The notes under the pieces are model-generated. The model saw only the letters and a program-made list of their open reading frames with translations, did no database searches and had not been told where the DNA came from. Made by a program: the position numbers and the translations under genes. Positions 1 to 13,110 of a stretch of 64,000 nucleotides of DNA are shown here, piece by piece. Numbering within the stretch: the stretch's first letter is position 1; the number at the start of each line of letters is the position of its first letter. This stretch comes from Lingula anatina (Eukaryota > Animalia > Brachiopoda): NCBI GenBank assembly GCA_051362555.1, contig CM120649.1:18862567-18926566 (forward strand), given 5' to 3'.

Positions 1-35
<35 letters not shown>

Positions 36-57
36 TATTCTTGCATTTCGCTTCCAG

Positions 58-366
58 TATTGGGGTGGCGATGCATGGGTTCCTATCAATCTCGCAGACG
101 TACCAGGAGTTTTCCCCCCTCCCGCTGGAACCGCTTGGGTTTATGCTGCAATGAAAAAGTTCAGGATAGACTGCAGAATGGACACATACATGTTCGCCCT
201 TGTTTATCTGCACAGTGTCAGGATATACGCGAGCGGTCAGTGGGCCGCCGGTGGCCCTCATGCAATACGTGGCATTTGCGGGGACTTCAATGGCAACCCG
301 GACAACGACTGTGTTGATTTGGAGGCACCTCCTCCTCTCCCGGCCTGGAAACCTTTCTTAATTTGA
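58..366 (+). CDS. Secreted single-VWD-like domain protein, copy 1 (last exon only; upstream exons lie outside the window)
   Basis: The acceptor ttccag ends at 57. The exon reads YWGGDAWVPINLADVPGVFPPPAGTAW...RGICGDFNGNPDNDCVDLEAPPPLPAWKPFLI*. RGICGDFNGNPDND matches the VWD C-terminal GLCGxFNGxxxND motif. It aligns without gaps to the exons at 7034-7342 and 14225-14533. Confidence 0.8.
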   Translation, partial: YWGGDAWVPINLADVPGVFPPPAGTAWVYAAMKKFRIDCRMDTYMFALVYLHSVRIYASGQWAAGGPHAIRGICGDFNGNPDNDCVDLEAPPPLPAWKPFLI

Positions 367-1427
367 ATCCTGGACGAATAAAGTCAATATCTGAATGTGG
401 ACGATGACAAAAACGACGCGAGCAAGGACAAACGAAACATGAAAAAGGACAAAGATAACGTTTAGGTAAACAAAGACAACAAATTGGACTGAAACCGATA
501 AGAATACTGACAGCTGAAAATGGGGAACGCAAACTGCAATTTCACTTATTTTCCTGATTATTCGAAGTTTGTGGATAAGATACTGTTTCCTTCAACTATG
601 TATATTGACATTCGATTACGGTAGAATGATTGGTCAGTTATATATGCCGTAGTTTTTTTTTCATGTCTTGATATTTATACATTAATTTTTTAGTAATAGA
701 CGAGGTGCTTATGGCAAATTATATGTTGCGCATATAATGTATGTTTTTGTAACATCTTATTTTTTCCATAACATATGTATATATGTAGACTAAATTGGTA
801 TTCGCATTTGATATATTACAGTGACTCAAATGAAAACATCCTTCCTATTAATCAATTTTGAATGGACAGAATATTTATGCTAAGTAAACGTAATGTTTTG
901 AGACACTGTTTTCAAATTTGGTATTCTTCAAGTGAGCGAATTGATAGAAAATTGTGTATTTTTTATGTCTCAATTATTTACCTTGGTGACTTAATTATTA
1001 TTCTTTTGTTCTTTTATGATATATAAGAGGGACTTAAATTTTAAATATTCTATTCAAATGTTACAATCTTTAATGCATGGGATGGATATATATGTTAAGT
1101 GAGAGGGTAAGAGAGATATTCTGAAGTTCTGTTTGCATATTTCAAATATTTTAAATGAGCAAAATGATAAAAAATATTGTGTATGTCGTTAAAATTTCTT
1201 TCTTTTAGCTATGCTTAATTTTGAATAAAGAAGGTTCAAGAAGTTATTGATGGCATTCCTTACTTGTAAATGAAATTGTTGAAAAAAAAGGAAGTTACAG
1301 CTATGTTTCAATAAGAGAATTGTTAACTGCCTTATAATCAACAACAATCATGCAACGCGTGTATAATGGAAAGTGACCCCATCGGCGCTCTGATTTTCAA
1401 ATTGACCACGAACGGTCAGGGCAAAAT

Positions 1428-1500
<73 letters not shown>

Positions 1501-1984
1501 TTTTGAAAAAAAAATTACATAAAATGTGGGAGAGTCGACTCTCCCGCATGCGGTATAATCATTGAAGTCCTGGGGAAAGGGAAGGCACCGTCGGAGATTG
1601 CCAAGGACGAAGGCATTTGATTTGGTTGGTCAGCAAATTTACACATGAAGGTATTTAACTGAAACCGCCCCCTCCCTTCCCGCATTAAACTCTACATCAG
1701 CAAATTGCAATTGTGCTGCAGCCCAATCAGTCACCGCCAACAGACTCCGCAACTGCAGATCGCCCTTTAATTGTGTTGTTTGTGCAAAATTAGAAATACC
1801 ATTATTTGCACCACGCCAGGAAGTTGATTAACGTTGATTTATCAATATCTCAAACTGACTTCAGGCTTTTTTGAAATGTGATCGAGTTGAGTGATAAAGA
1901 TGGTGAAATCGATTGCGTCCTGCTACAGACTAACGAATATGGCCAACCCCTCTTGAAAGCAATTTCGCACAATCCCCGAATGGT

Positions 1985-2458
1985 CTCCCATTCGGATAGA
2001 TGATCCGAGTACTAACTGATACGCCGTCTAAATATGGCCGACCTTACTTCAAAAGCGACGCCGCTATTTCCATCATGGTCTTCCTGCCTCCACACTCGCC
2101 GTCGCTGCAGAGCTCTAGCAATTAAACCTCGGAGCCGAGATTTAGTACTAGTTACAATACGAATCGTCCAATGTTTGCGACATACAAGAACGTAATTACA
2201 TCTGACTTATACCACGACTGGCGCTTCCAACAATAGAAAAAACGAAGCGAAGAGAATGAAAATACAGACAAACCTCTACGCAAAATACAAGTGCAATTAT
2301 CCTACTATTTAAAGCGCCAGCCGTGGTATAAATCTCTTGAATGGCGCGTGTGGTGGCGGGGAGATCATCGGAAATCAGCGATATTGCTTTTGAAGTGTGG
2401 TCAGCCATAATTAGTCGGAGGATCAGTTAGTCCTCGGATCACCTATTCTGAATGGGCC
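1985..2458. mobile_element. Foldback MITE-like element with long imperfect inverted repeats
   Basis: The left arm cccattcggatagatgatccgagtactaactgat...atggccgaccttacttcaaaagc matches the reverse complement of the right arm gcttttgaagtgtggtcagccat...atcagttagtcctcggatcacctattctgaatggg over >100 bp. Related fragments lie at ~2520-2670 and ~3710-3855. It is absent from the paralogous spacers. Confidence 0.65.
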
Positions 2459-3383
2459 AATGATAAATTGGCAGCACTCACAACCAAAGTTGATATGTAG
2501 ACTAACAAATTCCATGTTCAAAAATGGCCGACTCACTTGAAAGCCTACCGCGTAATCCCCGCGGGGAATCTTTTCAGTGCCTATTAAGGCATTATGCAGC
2601 AAGCTTTCAGGTTGGTCGGCCATATTTGATCAGCAGGATTTGTTAGTCCGCGGATCAAAGTGTTCTGAATGCACACATTAATTGAGGTCTAGAAAAACGT
2701 ATAGTGAGATAAGAGAAGAAACATTTATAAGGTATTTCTTAACTATTTAAACTGTAAAAAACTGTATTTTAAGGTAGGCAATTAATAAGATATGTGTTTA
2801 TTTTATTCACTTAATAATGAAAAAATCAACTCTGCATGCTCATCTACATATGAAACACATATGAAACACTTTTTAAAATCTACACGGTGAACAGAGCTGC
2901 AGCGTTCAATTCAACTGCTGTCAGATTCACAGATAATATTCCCTGACCACAAATAGGTGAGCACAGAAACAGGTAGCTTATATGGCTCAATAAACTGCAT
3001 GGTACTGCTGTGTTCGATTTCATCAATTTTCCAGCAAAGGGCCTCAACAAAGGATCTTCAAAGGACAATACAGACCTTTTTGGAGAGATATATTTTAATA
3101 TGTTTGAACACAAGTGTTGTAAATGGCCATAAGTGTGACATGGTTAGAAATGTTGAAGTAATGTACCCCAGACAGGGATGTTTTGATGGAGAGGCAGGTG
3201 TTGAGCAGGAGACTGAAATGTGGACAGATAATAAAACACTCACACGTAGTAAGGGTGATGTTACTGAGCCATCTGAGGCACAATAAGTCATATGGATCGA
3301 CATTTAAGACATTGAAAAAAAAGACATTTAAGACCTTGGGTTTGGTTAGACATTTGAAACTAGACCAGGTGTGACAGGAATGT

Positions 3384-3450
3384 TAGTCTGCTGGGATCCG
3401 TAGTCTGCTAGGAATCGTAGTCTGCTTGGAACCGCAGTCTGCTGGGAACC
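3384..3450. repeat. 17-bp minisatellite, 4 units (tagtctgctgggatccg-like)
   Basis: Four adjacent imperfect copies are directly visible. Confidence 0.85.
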
Positions 3451-4969
3451 ATGAGTGAAACTGTAAGCATAAACTGCAAATGGATGCAATGTTAAAAACG
3501 AATTAGGTGGAGGAAGGTTGTAAAAGTAAACTGATTGCTAGGGGGTAACAAATAAAAGGAATATAATAACTGGTTTCAATGTCTATCTATCTAGAGACGT
3601 TGTCGTGAGAAACATAAAATATACAGAAAAAGATGGGGCGATCGAAAACGTGTTCATTGCCAAGGGAATCTAAATTAACTTGTTACATTTTGTCAGTAAA
3701 TCCTCATTCACAACAGCGGACTAAATAGCCCGCGGATCAAATATGGCCGAACCTCTTAGGTGCTTGATGCGTAATCTCCACTGGGAATCTATTCACTGGC
3801 TATTAGGGGTTTAGACGTCAAGCTTTTACGTGGGTCGCCATATTTGATCTGCTGTTGTGGATGCGGCCTACAACTGATGCCAACGATTACATTAAAATAC
3901 TGAGTATAAGAAATGTATACTTTTTTGGAATAGGCTCCTAGCTGCGGGCCTGCTATAAGATCGTTATCCAAAATATTATACTATTATATGCCTTGTATGA
4001 GAAAATGACCAATTTTCCAAAACTGCAGTGTTTCGCTTGACTTGTTTGATAAACGTCATCTACATAGAAGATAGAACTTAATTAAAGCGGTTTATTATGC
4101 AGGCAATAAGGATTTGATTTGCAAAACATACGGAAAAAAAGAAACTTATGGCGCATTCAGTACATTAGATATGCGACGTCTTTGTTTTTTCCCCACATAT
4201 TACCTTGACTCCTAAACAGTAATTAAAAAGCTCGAGATGAAAAAGAACCCACTACTAATGACAATAACAAGGAAACAAAACCGTCGTCACAGCCCACGGC
4301 GGGTGTGCCATCCAATATCGAGTCCACCCACTCTCAATTTACTAACTCCCCCTGTCAATTAAATTCCATCTGGTGCCAACTCTAGTCAGATATTTGTCAT
4401 TTTCGACTGACTTTCTAGTACCTTCGTTATTTCTTGAAAAGATGACGTTCTTTATAGACTAAATTCCCACTATCAGCAAAAGAAACAGTTACTATAAAGT
4501 TTTACATAACAAAACTCATATTAACGTAAGTATCCACAGAGGAGGCAGGTACCTATTCTTTTTATTCAAACAGCTGTTATCTGACCTTGTGCGAGATTGT
4601 GGAAAGACGAAATTGCCTCTTTAACTATTCACCGCATTACGCATGCGATTGGGACGACGGTGCTGTGTTTGTATTTTAATTATGTCTCATCCTTCTAACT
4701 GGCACTGATGATAATCGATGTAGTGGGAAAACGCCTCGCTAAAGCTTCAGTCCCAGTCCTCTTTTTTGGGGGGAGGGGGTGTGAACTGTTCTACATTGTA
4801 CTAATTCTGAACAGGGGGTAGTGGTGTCAAGAATTAAAGTCCTTTTTTCTTTAGGCCCTACAAGGTAAAATATGACAAAAAGCGAGTATTTTTTAAAGCA
4901 TGGGTTTCTGTGTGGAACTTGCAGTATCATTATGTTTATAGTTTTTTGATTTTTGATTATTGATTGATT

Positions 4970-5152
4970 ATTGATCCTGATCACCACCAAAAAGTAATCA
5001 TCTGTTCCATGGCCCACTTCTGACAGTACCTGAATATTTCATCAAAATCGATGCATAACTTTTTCTGTAATGTTGCTAACAGATAGACAGACAGATAGAC
5101 AGACAGACAAACTAACGGAACCAAAAACATAACCTCCTTGGCGGAGGTAATT
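4970..5152 (+). mobile_element. 3' end of a Helentron/HINE (DINE-1-like) non-autonomous element
   Basis: A (GACA/GATA)n microsatellite is followed by aaaacata and the terminal hairpin acctcc-ttggc-ggaggt, the layout typical of these elements. Confidence 0.6.
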
Positions 5153-5198
5153 AGCTTATATTAAAATAAGACACTTGGAACTGATTTGTTAGGTTTTT

Positions 5199-5200
<2 letters not shown>

Positions 5201-5262
<62 letters not shown>
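5201..5262. repeat. (TA)n microsatellite. Others: (TA)n at 1-31 and ~44488-44540; (AAC/AAT)n at ~1427-1498, 8515-8543, 15830-15867, 17843-17892, 25443-25487, 30471-30567 and 35433-35483; (TG)n at 23574-23609
   Basis: Directly visible simple repeats. Confidence 0.95.
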
Positions 5263-5264
<2 letters not shown>

Positions 5265-5716
5265 TTCAGCTGTATTGTTATGATATTCTTAAAATCCCCC
5301 TCATTATAAAAATATCAGATTGTTTTTGATGAGAATCTCAGAGAGCAAACGGTTTAAGACAGTATTGACAAGGATGGATAAGAAGGAAGAGATTATAAGA
5401 TTTTTCATCTGTAAAAAAAAATATTTTAATTGCCATCATTAGCTCTATGAATTACTTGGTCTTTATCTTTCAATACCCTTGTCTCTCTGGTTTTATGCTT
5501 CAAGAAAGCTTTCTTTTCACATCAATGTTGTCAGGCAAGAAATGGGCTGTCAGCTTCAGGTCATGTAGATTCAATTCGTACCATTCCAGGTCTACTTCAC
5601 ATCTGGTATCCCCTTTACATTATAAAGGTCATTCTATGTCTCCAAGAATTTTCGACTGGCGTACGGACAGCAATATGCCATTGTAATAAACTGACTCTGC
5701 CCGTTTTCTAGATAGT

Positions 5717-5840
5717 CCAATGAAAACGTGACACACGGGACACGTGTAAAATTGACGTCAGAATTAATATTCATCAGAACGTTCATTGGTCGTTTCTGTT
5801 CCGCCTCGATGGAAATTTAATGAACTTGAGGAATATAAAA
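5717..5840 (+). promoter_or_regulatory. Proximal promoter of VWD-like gene copy 2 (CCAAT, CRE, TATA)
   Basis: CCAAT 5717-5721, CACGTG 5741-5746, TGACGTCA 5753-5760, ATTGG 5785-5789 and TATAAAA 5834-5840, with the ATG at 5891. CCAAT, CRE, ATTGG and TATA are conserved in copy 3. Confidence 0.6.
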
Positions 5841-5890
5841 ATCTCTGCACTGACGACTGTCAAGAGAACTTGCCGAAAGAGCTACTCATT

Positions 5891-7342
5891 ATGGATCGAC
5901 GCCTTATGACACTGGCCGTGGCCATGGTGCTGGTTTATGTTGGCCCGAGGGCGACTGTAGTTGGCGTTGCTACTCCCCCACAGCTTGAAGCAAGGTTGGC
6001 ACCTCATTTAGTCACAGAACCGTTGCCAGCAGGACCAGGCATACGTAAGTAGTAGCAACGGGGTTAATGCAGTTTGATTGTCGATGAAAACACAACGTAA
6101 GTTTTTGTCGCTACTTCTGTTATGCAGTGTTCACTATGTTTGCGACAACCAAAAATATGTTGCGCTTTTTGTATGGCAAGTGAGTGCGGAATACTCATTA
6201 TGTTGTGAAATACAGAGATAAATACAAGATTAAATGGAGGCCTTCATCACTCAAATTTGATTATAGCAGTCAGTAGGGTATACCCTATAACTAGATTGGA
6301 TGCATTTTTAAAAAGCCAACTTCAAAACTGAGTAAAAAGTTTTTTTTTGCTTTTACACAGTAACCGCAGGCTTCAGAGGGCTATAGGATCGTTCCTATCT
6401 CTTTGAAAGTCTTTACACGTGTGGGGTGGATGGTGAAAGGCATAAAAAGAAATTATTTTCACATTTTTTTTTACTTTTTTACTAAGCAGAACAAGACATT
6501 TAATTCTTACACTGTTTTAACTATTTGAAGCTTAAATGCAAAAATTCATGCCACATAACATGCAATATTTACATGTAGAAGTGACATTCTCATTTAAAAT
6601 TAACATTTTTATGTTTTTGTAGTTGATAATTCCACGTGTGGGGGACACGGCGATGTATATTACAACACTCTAGATAACAGAACCTTCACTTATCCTTCTC
6701 CTGTTGAAAAATACGGCGTTATGATCCTTCCTTGGATAGGAAATCCGTGGTGGGTGATGACTGAGCACGAGTTACATGGTGCACCAAATGCCACGCGCAT
6801 CAAAGAAGTATACGTGAAGTGTCCAACTGACATCTACTTTAGGGCCACATTGGGGGGGCGTGTCAACTTATATGTGAGTCTTCTTTCTTACAGTTTTAAA
6901 TACAATGAGCACCTTTTGCACCAACTTAATAACCATACCCCTTATCCCCGTTTCTCTAACAGTTGCAGTCAAAATGTTCATTACACTTAGTTCATTGCAC
7001 CATATTAAAAATATTTTTGCATTTTGCTTTCAGTATTGGGATGGCGCTGCATGGGTTCCAATCGCTACCGCAGGCCTACCAGCTAATTTCCCCCCTCCAG
7101 ATGGGACCGCGTGGGTTTATGGTACACCGAAGTATTTCAAGATAGATTGCAATATGGCCCCATACATGTTCGTCACTGTCTATCGGCACAGAGTTGTCAT
7201 ACACGCGCACGGCGAGTGGGCCGTCGGTGGCCCTTATGCAGTACGTGGTATTTGCGCGGACTTCAATGGCAACCCGGGCAACGACTGTGTTGATTTGGAG
7301 GCACCTCCTCCTCTTCCGGCCTGGAAACCTTTCTTAATTTGA
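5891..7342 (+). CDS. Secreted single-VWD-like domain protein, copy 2 (exons 5891-6044, 6623-6873, 7034-7342; 237 aa)
   Basis: GT-AG introns (phase 1, then 0) join into one open frame. It has a hydrophobic N-terminus (MDRRLMTLAVAMVLVYVGPRATVVG) and a Pro-rich linker. TCGGHGDVYYNTLDNRTFTY resembles the VWD start CxxxGDPHYxTFDG, and RGICADFNGNPGNDC resembles the VWD end. Exon lengths (154/251/309) are identical in copy 3. Confidence 0.85.
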
Positions 7343-8514
7343 ATCTGGGACGAATAATAAGTTCGAATGTTGACGATGATAACGAATACATGAACAAGGA
7401 CAAACGAAACATGAAAAAGGACAGTGTAGGTAAATAAACACAACAAACCGGACTTAAACTCACAAGAATAGGGACAATGAACGCTGAAAATGAGAAACTC
7501 GAACTGCAATTTCACTTGTTTTACTTAACTGATTCTTGGATCTTTATGGGTTCTTTTTCATGCTATGATACTTATACATATATTCATTTTAGTAGTAGAC
7601 AGGTTGCTTATGGCAAATTATTTGTTGGGCATATAATGTATGTGGCTGTGTAATATCTTATTTTTCCATAACATATGTATTGAAATGTAGACTAAATTAG
7701 TATTTGCATTTGATATATTACAGTGATTCAAATTAAAACAATTTTTTCCAGTTAAACAACTTTGAACGGACAGAATATTTGTGCTAAGTAAACGTGATAT
7801 TTGGAGGCACTGTTTTCAAATTTGGAATTCTTTAAGGGAGCGACTTGATAGAAAATGGTGTACATTTTTAGGTCTCAATTATTTACCTTGGTATATACAT
7901 ATGTATTTATTAGTCTTAATCAGTTTACCTAAGCTTCATTCTGCTCGCCATATTAATATTGGATTTTGATTAGAATGATTATTAAGTCATTAGTTATAGA
8001 GAAGGTTTATTTTTGTCCTGATCCACATTATTTTACCAAGGCAGGGTGTTTATGTGTGTATTATTACGGTGAAGACATATATGAGGTTGTGGTAGTATTT
8101 TCAAACTTAAACTTAATTATTGTTCTTTTATAATATGTATGAGGGATTTAAATTAATTTAAATTGAAATTTCATTCAAATGTGTTAAGTGAAAGGGTTAG
8201 AGAGATATTCTAAAGTTCTGTTTGCATATTTCAAATATACAAATGAGAGAAATGATAAAAAACATTGTGTTTATTAATGAGGTCTTAATCATTTCTTTCT
8301 TTTAGCTTTGCTTAATCTTGAATAAAAGAGGTTAAAAAAATTGTTGATGACATTTCTTATTTGTAAAGGAAATTGTTGAAAAAAAAGCAGTTTTAGCTAT
8401 GTTGCAATAAGAGAAATGATTATTGCCGTTATGATCAACAACAACCAGGCAACGCGTGGGTCATGGAAAGTGACCCCATCGGTGCTCTGATTTTCAAATT
8501 GACTACGAACGGTC

Positions 8515-8546
<32 letters not shown>

Positions 8547-8602
8547 AATTTTAAAAAACTTAAATGACGTTGCACTGGGAGATGCGTTGGATAGGAGTGG
8601 CA

Positions 8603-8965
8603 CAGTGGCAGATTCTGGGATATTGACCTTTATCTTTTTTAAAGAGATAATGGGAGAGTTGATGACCAAAGGGTTCAAATAATGCCGCATGTGGTATAAT
8701 CACTGGTTCACTGGGGATCCCAGGGGAGGGGGAGGGGCGGCACCGTCGGAGATTATTTGAAGGGGGGGGGTCTGCGGATGCCAAGCGGGCCCCGAAAAAA
8801 ATTGGAATTTTAGAGGGGTGAACGGTGCCGTTTGGTACCGTTTAGAACCATAATTCAGCTAGTCAAAAGTGTAATTTCAAGTGTAGGCCATTGGTGTGAT
8901 CTTTCTCAGAAATTGAAGGGGGGGGGGGGGGGGGGGGGGGTCAGGGGGTCCTAAATCCGCCACTG
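8603..8965. mobile_element. hAT-like MITE remnant (CAGTGGC(A/G)GATT...AATCCGCCACTG ends)
   Basis: Inverted termini cagtggcagatt / aatccgccactg with G-rich internal tracts. A homologous copy lies at ~15900-16245 in the next duplication unit. Confidence 0.45.
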
Positions 8966-9532
8966 TGCCATGGGTGAAGGAGTTTGATTCAGTTCGTCTG
9001 CAAATTTACATATGAAAAAATTAATTGAATCCGACCCACTTCCTCCCGGCATCATAGTCTACCTCAGCAAGTTGCAATTGTGCTGCAGGCCAATCAGTCT
9101 CCGCCAACAGACTCCGCAACTGCAGTACGACCTTTAATTATGTTGTTTGTGTGAAATTAGGAATATAATCATTTGCACCACATTAAGAAGTTGACTAACA
9201 TTGATTTATCAATATCTCAGACTGACTTCAGGCCTTTTTAAAATGTGATCAAGATGGCCGGTGGAAACGAGAGCGTCCAAATTTTGTCCTGGTACTGTAA
9301 ATCATATTTTGTTTAACTAATTAAGGCCGATTTCACAATTGCTGATCCTTACACTAACACATACAACGTTGGTAAAAAAAGTTGTCTCACCCCCCAATTC
9401 CAAGTGTTTTGCACAGGTGAAGGTTAACAGGTAATTACCCCATGTGTATGGCGACATTCTCAGAGCCAACCTGTGGGGGGGGGGGGGGGGGGGGGGAGGA
9501 GAGGGATACGAGAGGGGGACTGTAAAAACCTG

Positions 9533-9679
9533 GGCCCCGTAACTCGAAAGCATCGCGCATTGCGACCGAGCGCAAGCGTCTCGATTCCATAACTCGCCCA
9601 TACTCGCCCCATATAATACATTGTAGCCTCTATGTGATATCGCTATTCGCAGTAGGCGATGCTTTCGAGTTACGGGGCC
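9533..9679. mobile_element. 147-bp PIF/Harbinger-like MITE
   Basis: Perfect terminal inverted repeat GGCCCCGTAACTCGAAAGCATCGC, flanked by a 3-bp CTG direct repeat (9530-9532 and 9680-9682). Confidence 0.8.
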
Positions 9680-10109
9680 CTGGATCTGAATGTGGGTAGT
9701 TGTATTATTAAGATTAAGATACACTGTATCCGTGTTTATTTTATTCCCTTAATAACGAGAGAAGTAACCCTACATATACATAAACATATGAAACACTTTT
9801 AAAAACCTCCACGGTAAACAGCACTGCAACGTTCAGTTCAGCTGCTGTCAGCCTCGCAGATAATATTCCCCGACCACAAATATGTGAGCAAAGTCAAAGG
9901 TAGCTTATGATTTATTTAGCTTAATAAAATGCATGGTACTGCTGTGTTCGATTTCATCAATTTCCCCAGCAAAGGACGTCAACAAAGGGTCTGTCTTCAA
10001 AGGATAATTCAGAGGTTTTTAGAGATTTATTTTAATACAGGTGTCGTTCGTCTTATATACTTATCGGAATATACCTCACATAACACTAACCTGTACGGTA
10101 CTATATCAC

Positions 10110-11940
10110 ATCAGTTCCTGGACTTCCATTCCTAGGACTACCATGTCTGTCATACCGGTGATGCAGATTCTAGGGGTACAATTGTACACAGTAGTCATGA
10201 GTGAAGCTGTAAGTATAAACCGTAGAGGGTCACCCATCGAATAGTTTACTTATACCCGTGTCATCAAATCGACAACGGTCATTAAAGGCAGCCCCTATAC
10301 TAACACTAAAAATAGCTTTTACCCATCAGCAGTACGTATTTTTAATGAGTGTAATGGATTTTAATTATTATTCCATTTTATTTTATCGATAGATCATGTC
10401 GATTTCAATTTTACGCTTTTATGTATAAATATGACAATAAATTATTCTTATTATCATTATTAATGTTGAAAACAAAATATGTGTAGGGAGGTTGTAAAAG
10501 TAAACTGATTGCTGGGAGGTAAGAATAAAATTAATTTAATAACGGGTTTCGATATCTACATTTAACTGTGTACTGACGTTGTTGTGGAAAAAAAGAATAC
10601 GGAGGAAAGAGAGGATTATTAGCACAGTAAGAAAACCTATTCATAACCAGTGGCATTGGAATTACCTTGTTAATTTTTGTCAATAAAACAGATGTCTGCG
10701 ATCACATTAAAATACTGAGTATAAGAAATGCATTTTTTTCTGGAATAGGGCCCTACTGGGTGTGGCCCTGATATAAGCTCCTTATCAAAAATATAATACT
10801 GTTCATCATATTCCTTATATGAGAAATGACCAATTTTTCACAGATGCAGTGTTTCGTTTGACTTATTTGATATACTTCATCTACATAGAAGATGAAACGT
10901 AATTAAAGCGGTTTATTCTGCAGGCGATAAGGATTTGATTTGCAAAACATACGGGTAAATAGAAACTTTTGGCGCATTTACTTCATTAGATATGCGACGT
11001 CGTTGCTATTTTGGAAACGTTTTCCCTCAGCTCTTAAACAGTAATTAAAAAAGCTTCAGATGAAAAAGAATTCACTGATGACAATAAGAAGGAAACAAGG
11101 CCGTTGTCACAGCCCACGGCCAATGTGTCATTCGATATCGAGATCATCCACTCTCAATTAACCGGGTATCCCTAACCCAACACTAATCTGTACCAATCAC
11201 ATCGGAGCCCGGGCTTCCATTCCTAGGACTACCATCCCTGTCATACCGGTGATGCCGATGCTATACCAGGGTACAAATGTACACGGTACTCAGAAGTGAA
11301 GCTGTAAGTATAAACTGTAAAGGGATGCAATGTTGAAAACGAAATATGTGTAGGGTGGTTGTATAAGTAAAGTGATTGCTAGGGGGTAAGAATTAAAAAA
11401 TATAATAAAGGGTTTTGAAATCAATATATAACTGTTGTGACGTTGTCGTGAGAAACCAAAAATAATCACACAGAGAAAAGAGAGCGCAATTTACATAGTA
11501 AGGTATTCATGGCCAAAGAAGCTGAAGATACCTTGTTAAGTTTTGTCAATAAATTTTGTCTGCAATCATATTATAATACTGAGTATAAAAATTGTATTTT
11601 TTTCTGGAATAGGGCCCTGGGTGTGGCCCTGATATAAGCTCCTTATAGTACTGTTCATTATATTCCTTATATGAGAAATGACCAATTTTCCACAGATGCA
11701 GTGTTTCATTAGACTGATTTGATATACTTCATCTACATTTAAGATAGAACGTAATTAAAGCGGTTTATTATGCAGGCGATAAGGTTTTGATTTGCAAAAT
11801 ATACGGGCAAACAGAAATTTTTGGCGCATTCACTTTATTAAATATGCAAAGTCTTTGCTATTTTGGAAACGTTTTCCCTCAGCTCTTAAACAGTAATTAA
11901 AAAGCTTCAGATGAAAAAGAGTCCATCCATTCTGAATTAA
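10110..11940. repeat. Internal tandem duplication (~10110-11160 vs ~11210-11940) within the VWD spacer
   Basis: Blocks such as cttccattcctaggactacca...gtgaagctgtaagtataaac...gagaaatgaccaattttt...aattaaagcggtttatt occur twice here and once at ~3450-4340. Confidence 0.75.
10230..10462 (+). mobile_element. 3' fragment of a Rex1/Babar-like (CR1-group) LINE
   Basis: Reads HPSNSLLIPVSSNRQRSL...KNSFYPSAVRIFNE, followed by AATAAA and a (TTA)-rich tail. It interrupts a sequence that is contiguous in the duplicate at ~11310-11345. Confidence 0.6.
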
Positions 11941-12705
11941 CTTACCCCCCCCCCCCCCCCCACACCCGTGAATTAAATTCCATCTGATACCGACTCTAGT
12001 CACATATTTTCCATTCTATACTGGCTTTCTAGTACTTTCGTAATTTCTTTAGAAAAAATAACATTCTATATAGACTAGATCCCCCCTGTCAGCAAAAGAG
12101 TTAGTAAAAGTTTTAACAGAAGATAGCCCGTGTTTACGTTAGTATCCAACGAGCGCCTGGAGAAGTTGCTTAATTGAAGCAGCTGTTATCGGACCTTGTG
12201 CGAGGTTTGTGGAAAGACGAAAGCCTCTTTTATTATTCACCGCATTACACATGCGGTTGAGACGTAGGTGCTGTGTTCGTATTTTAATTAAGTCTCATCC
12301 TGTTAACTGGTAGGCCTACTGATGATGATCGATATATTGGGGAAAACACTTTGTGTGTGTGTGGAAGGGGGAGGGGGAGGAAGGTGTTGACCCATGTCCC
12401 TCTAATTCTGAATGGGCGTTTACAGGAGGTGTCAGAAATGAGTCCTATTGTGTTCTGGATTTGTTAGGGTTTTTGATATTGTCTTTTAATATGTATATAT
12501 AAATTTAGTCTTAAGCTGTAGGTGTATTAATATAATATTTTTAAAATTCCCTTCGTTTAAAAAATATCAGATCATTTTAATGCAGATCAATTTTCAATAA
12601 AGGGCTCCATATGAAGTAATGGAGCAGACGGTTTAAGGCACAGTAACGATAATGATCAATCAAAGGATGAATGAGAATGGGGGGGGGGGGGAGGGAGAGA
12701 TTATA

Positions 12706-12858
12706 CAGGGGCGGATTAGGCCGTCTTCTGGGTTTTCCGGAAGACAGTCAGATTTGTAAGTTTACATTGACGGGAATCTAATTTTTTCTGTTGGAAGACG
12801 GTCAAAAATGGGGGCTGACTTAACAAAAATAATTTGGAAATATATGGATCCGTCACTG
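12706..12858. mobile_element. Short MITE with CAGGGGCGGATT...ATCCGTCACTG termini, upstream of VWD copy 3
   Basis: Imperfect inverted termini. It is absent from the paralogous site at ~5390 (gagattataaga). Confidence 0.55.
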
Positions 12859-12938
12859 TTATTAGCTTTTTTCGTCAGTAAAAATATAATTGTGAATGCC
12901 ATTATTAATAAACTGACTCCGCACCTTTTCTATATAGG

Positions 12939-13060
12939 CCAATGAAAACGTGACACACGGGACAGGTAGAATTGACGTCAAAATTAAATTTTATCAGAAC
13001 GTTCATTGGTCGTTTCTGTTCCGCCTCAATAAAAATTTAATGAACTTGAGGAGTATAAAA
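12939..13060 (+). promoter_or_regulatory. Proximal promoter of VWD-like gene copy 3
   Basis: CCAAT 12939-12943, TGACGTCA 12973-12980 and TATAAAA 13054-13060, with the same spacing to the ATG as in copy 2. Confidence 0.6.
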
Positions 13061-13110
13061 ATCTCTGCACTGACGACTGTCAAGATAACTTGCCGAAATA
13101 ACTGCTCGTT

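Noticed and set aside
6905-7033. Hydrophobic N-terminal extension in ORFs 6905-7342 and 14105-14533, suggesting membrane anchors
   Set aside because: This is translated intron 2. The true exon starts after the tttcag acceptor.
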